This document shows, one piece after another, positions 63,994 through 64,000 of a DNA stretch of 64,000 nucleotides. Below the pieces are notes generated by a model that was not told the DNA's origin, did no database searches, and saw only the letters and a list, made by a program, of their open reading frames with translations. Numbering within the stretch: the first letter of the stretch is position 1; each line of letters opens with the position of its first letter. The stretch is taken from positions 17,924,175 to 17,988,174 of the forward strand of contig NC_068990.1 of assembly GCF_001194135.2 (NCBI RefSeq). The letters are read 5' to 3'. Both the position numbers and the translations under genes were made by a program. This stretch comes from Octopus bimaculoides. Taxonomy: Eukaryota.

Positions 63994-64000
63994 GTATATA

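Overview
This is AT-rich, repeat-dense eukaryotic DNA from a draft assembly with 11 N-gaps. The SINE families and microsatellite load look like an octopod cephalopod (inference, not verified). I found one intact protein-coding gene: an intronless 107-aa PLAC8/cornifelin-family CDS at 9921-10244 (-). The rest is mostly mobile-element debris: two Helitron helicase remnants, several mariner/Tc1 relics with TIRs and TA TSDs, RTE and CR1/L2-type LINE fragments, three tRNA-derived SINE families, and at least eight Penelope-like element (PLE) fragments. The most notable observations are: (1) minimal type I hammerhead-ribozyme motifs in the PLE ends, one directly downstream of a tRNA-like Pol III module inside a TSD-flanked, inverted-end PLE insertion; (2) a 200-bp foldback element with GG..CC ends and an 8-bp TSD whose arms consist largely of TTAGGG/CCCTAA telomeric repeats; (3) two pre-miRNA-sized hairpins in repeat-derived DNA; (4) alternating CpG-depleted and CpG-retaining domains visible in SINE copies. 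No prokaryotic-type systems or CRISPR arrays are supported. Boundaries of degenerate elements are approximate, and no database searches were run.
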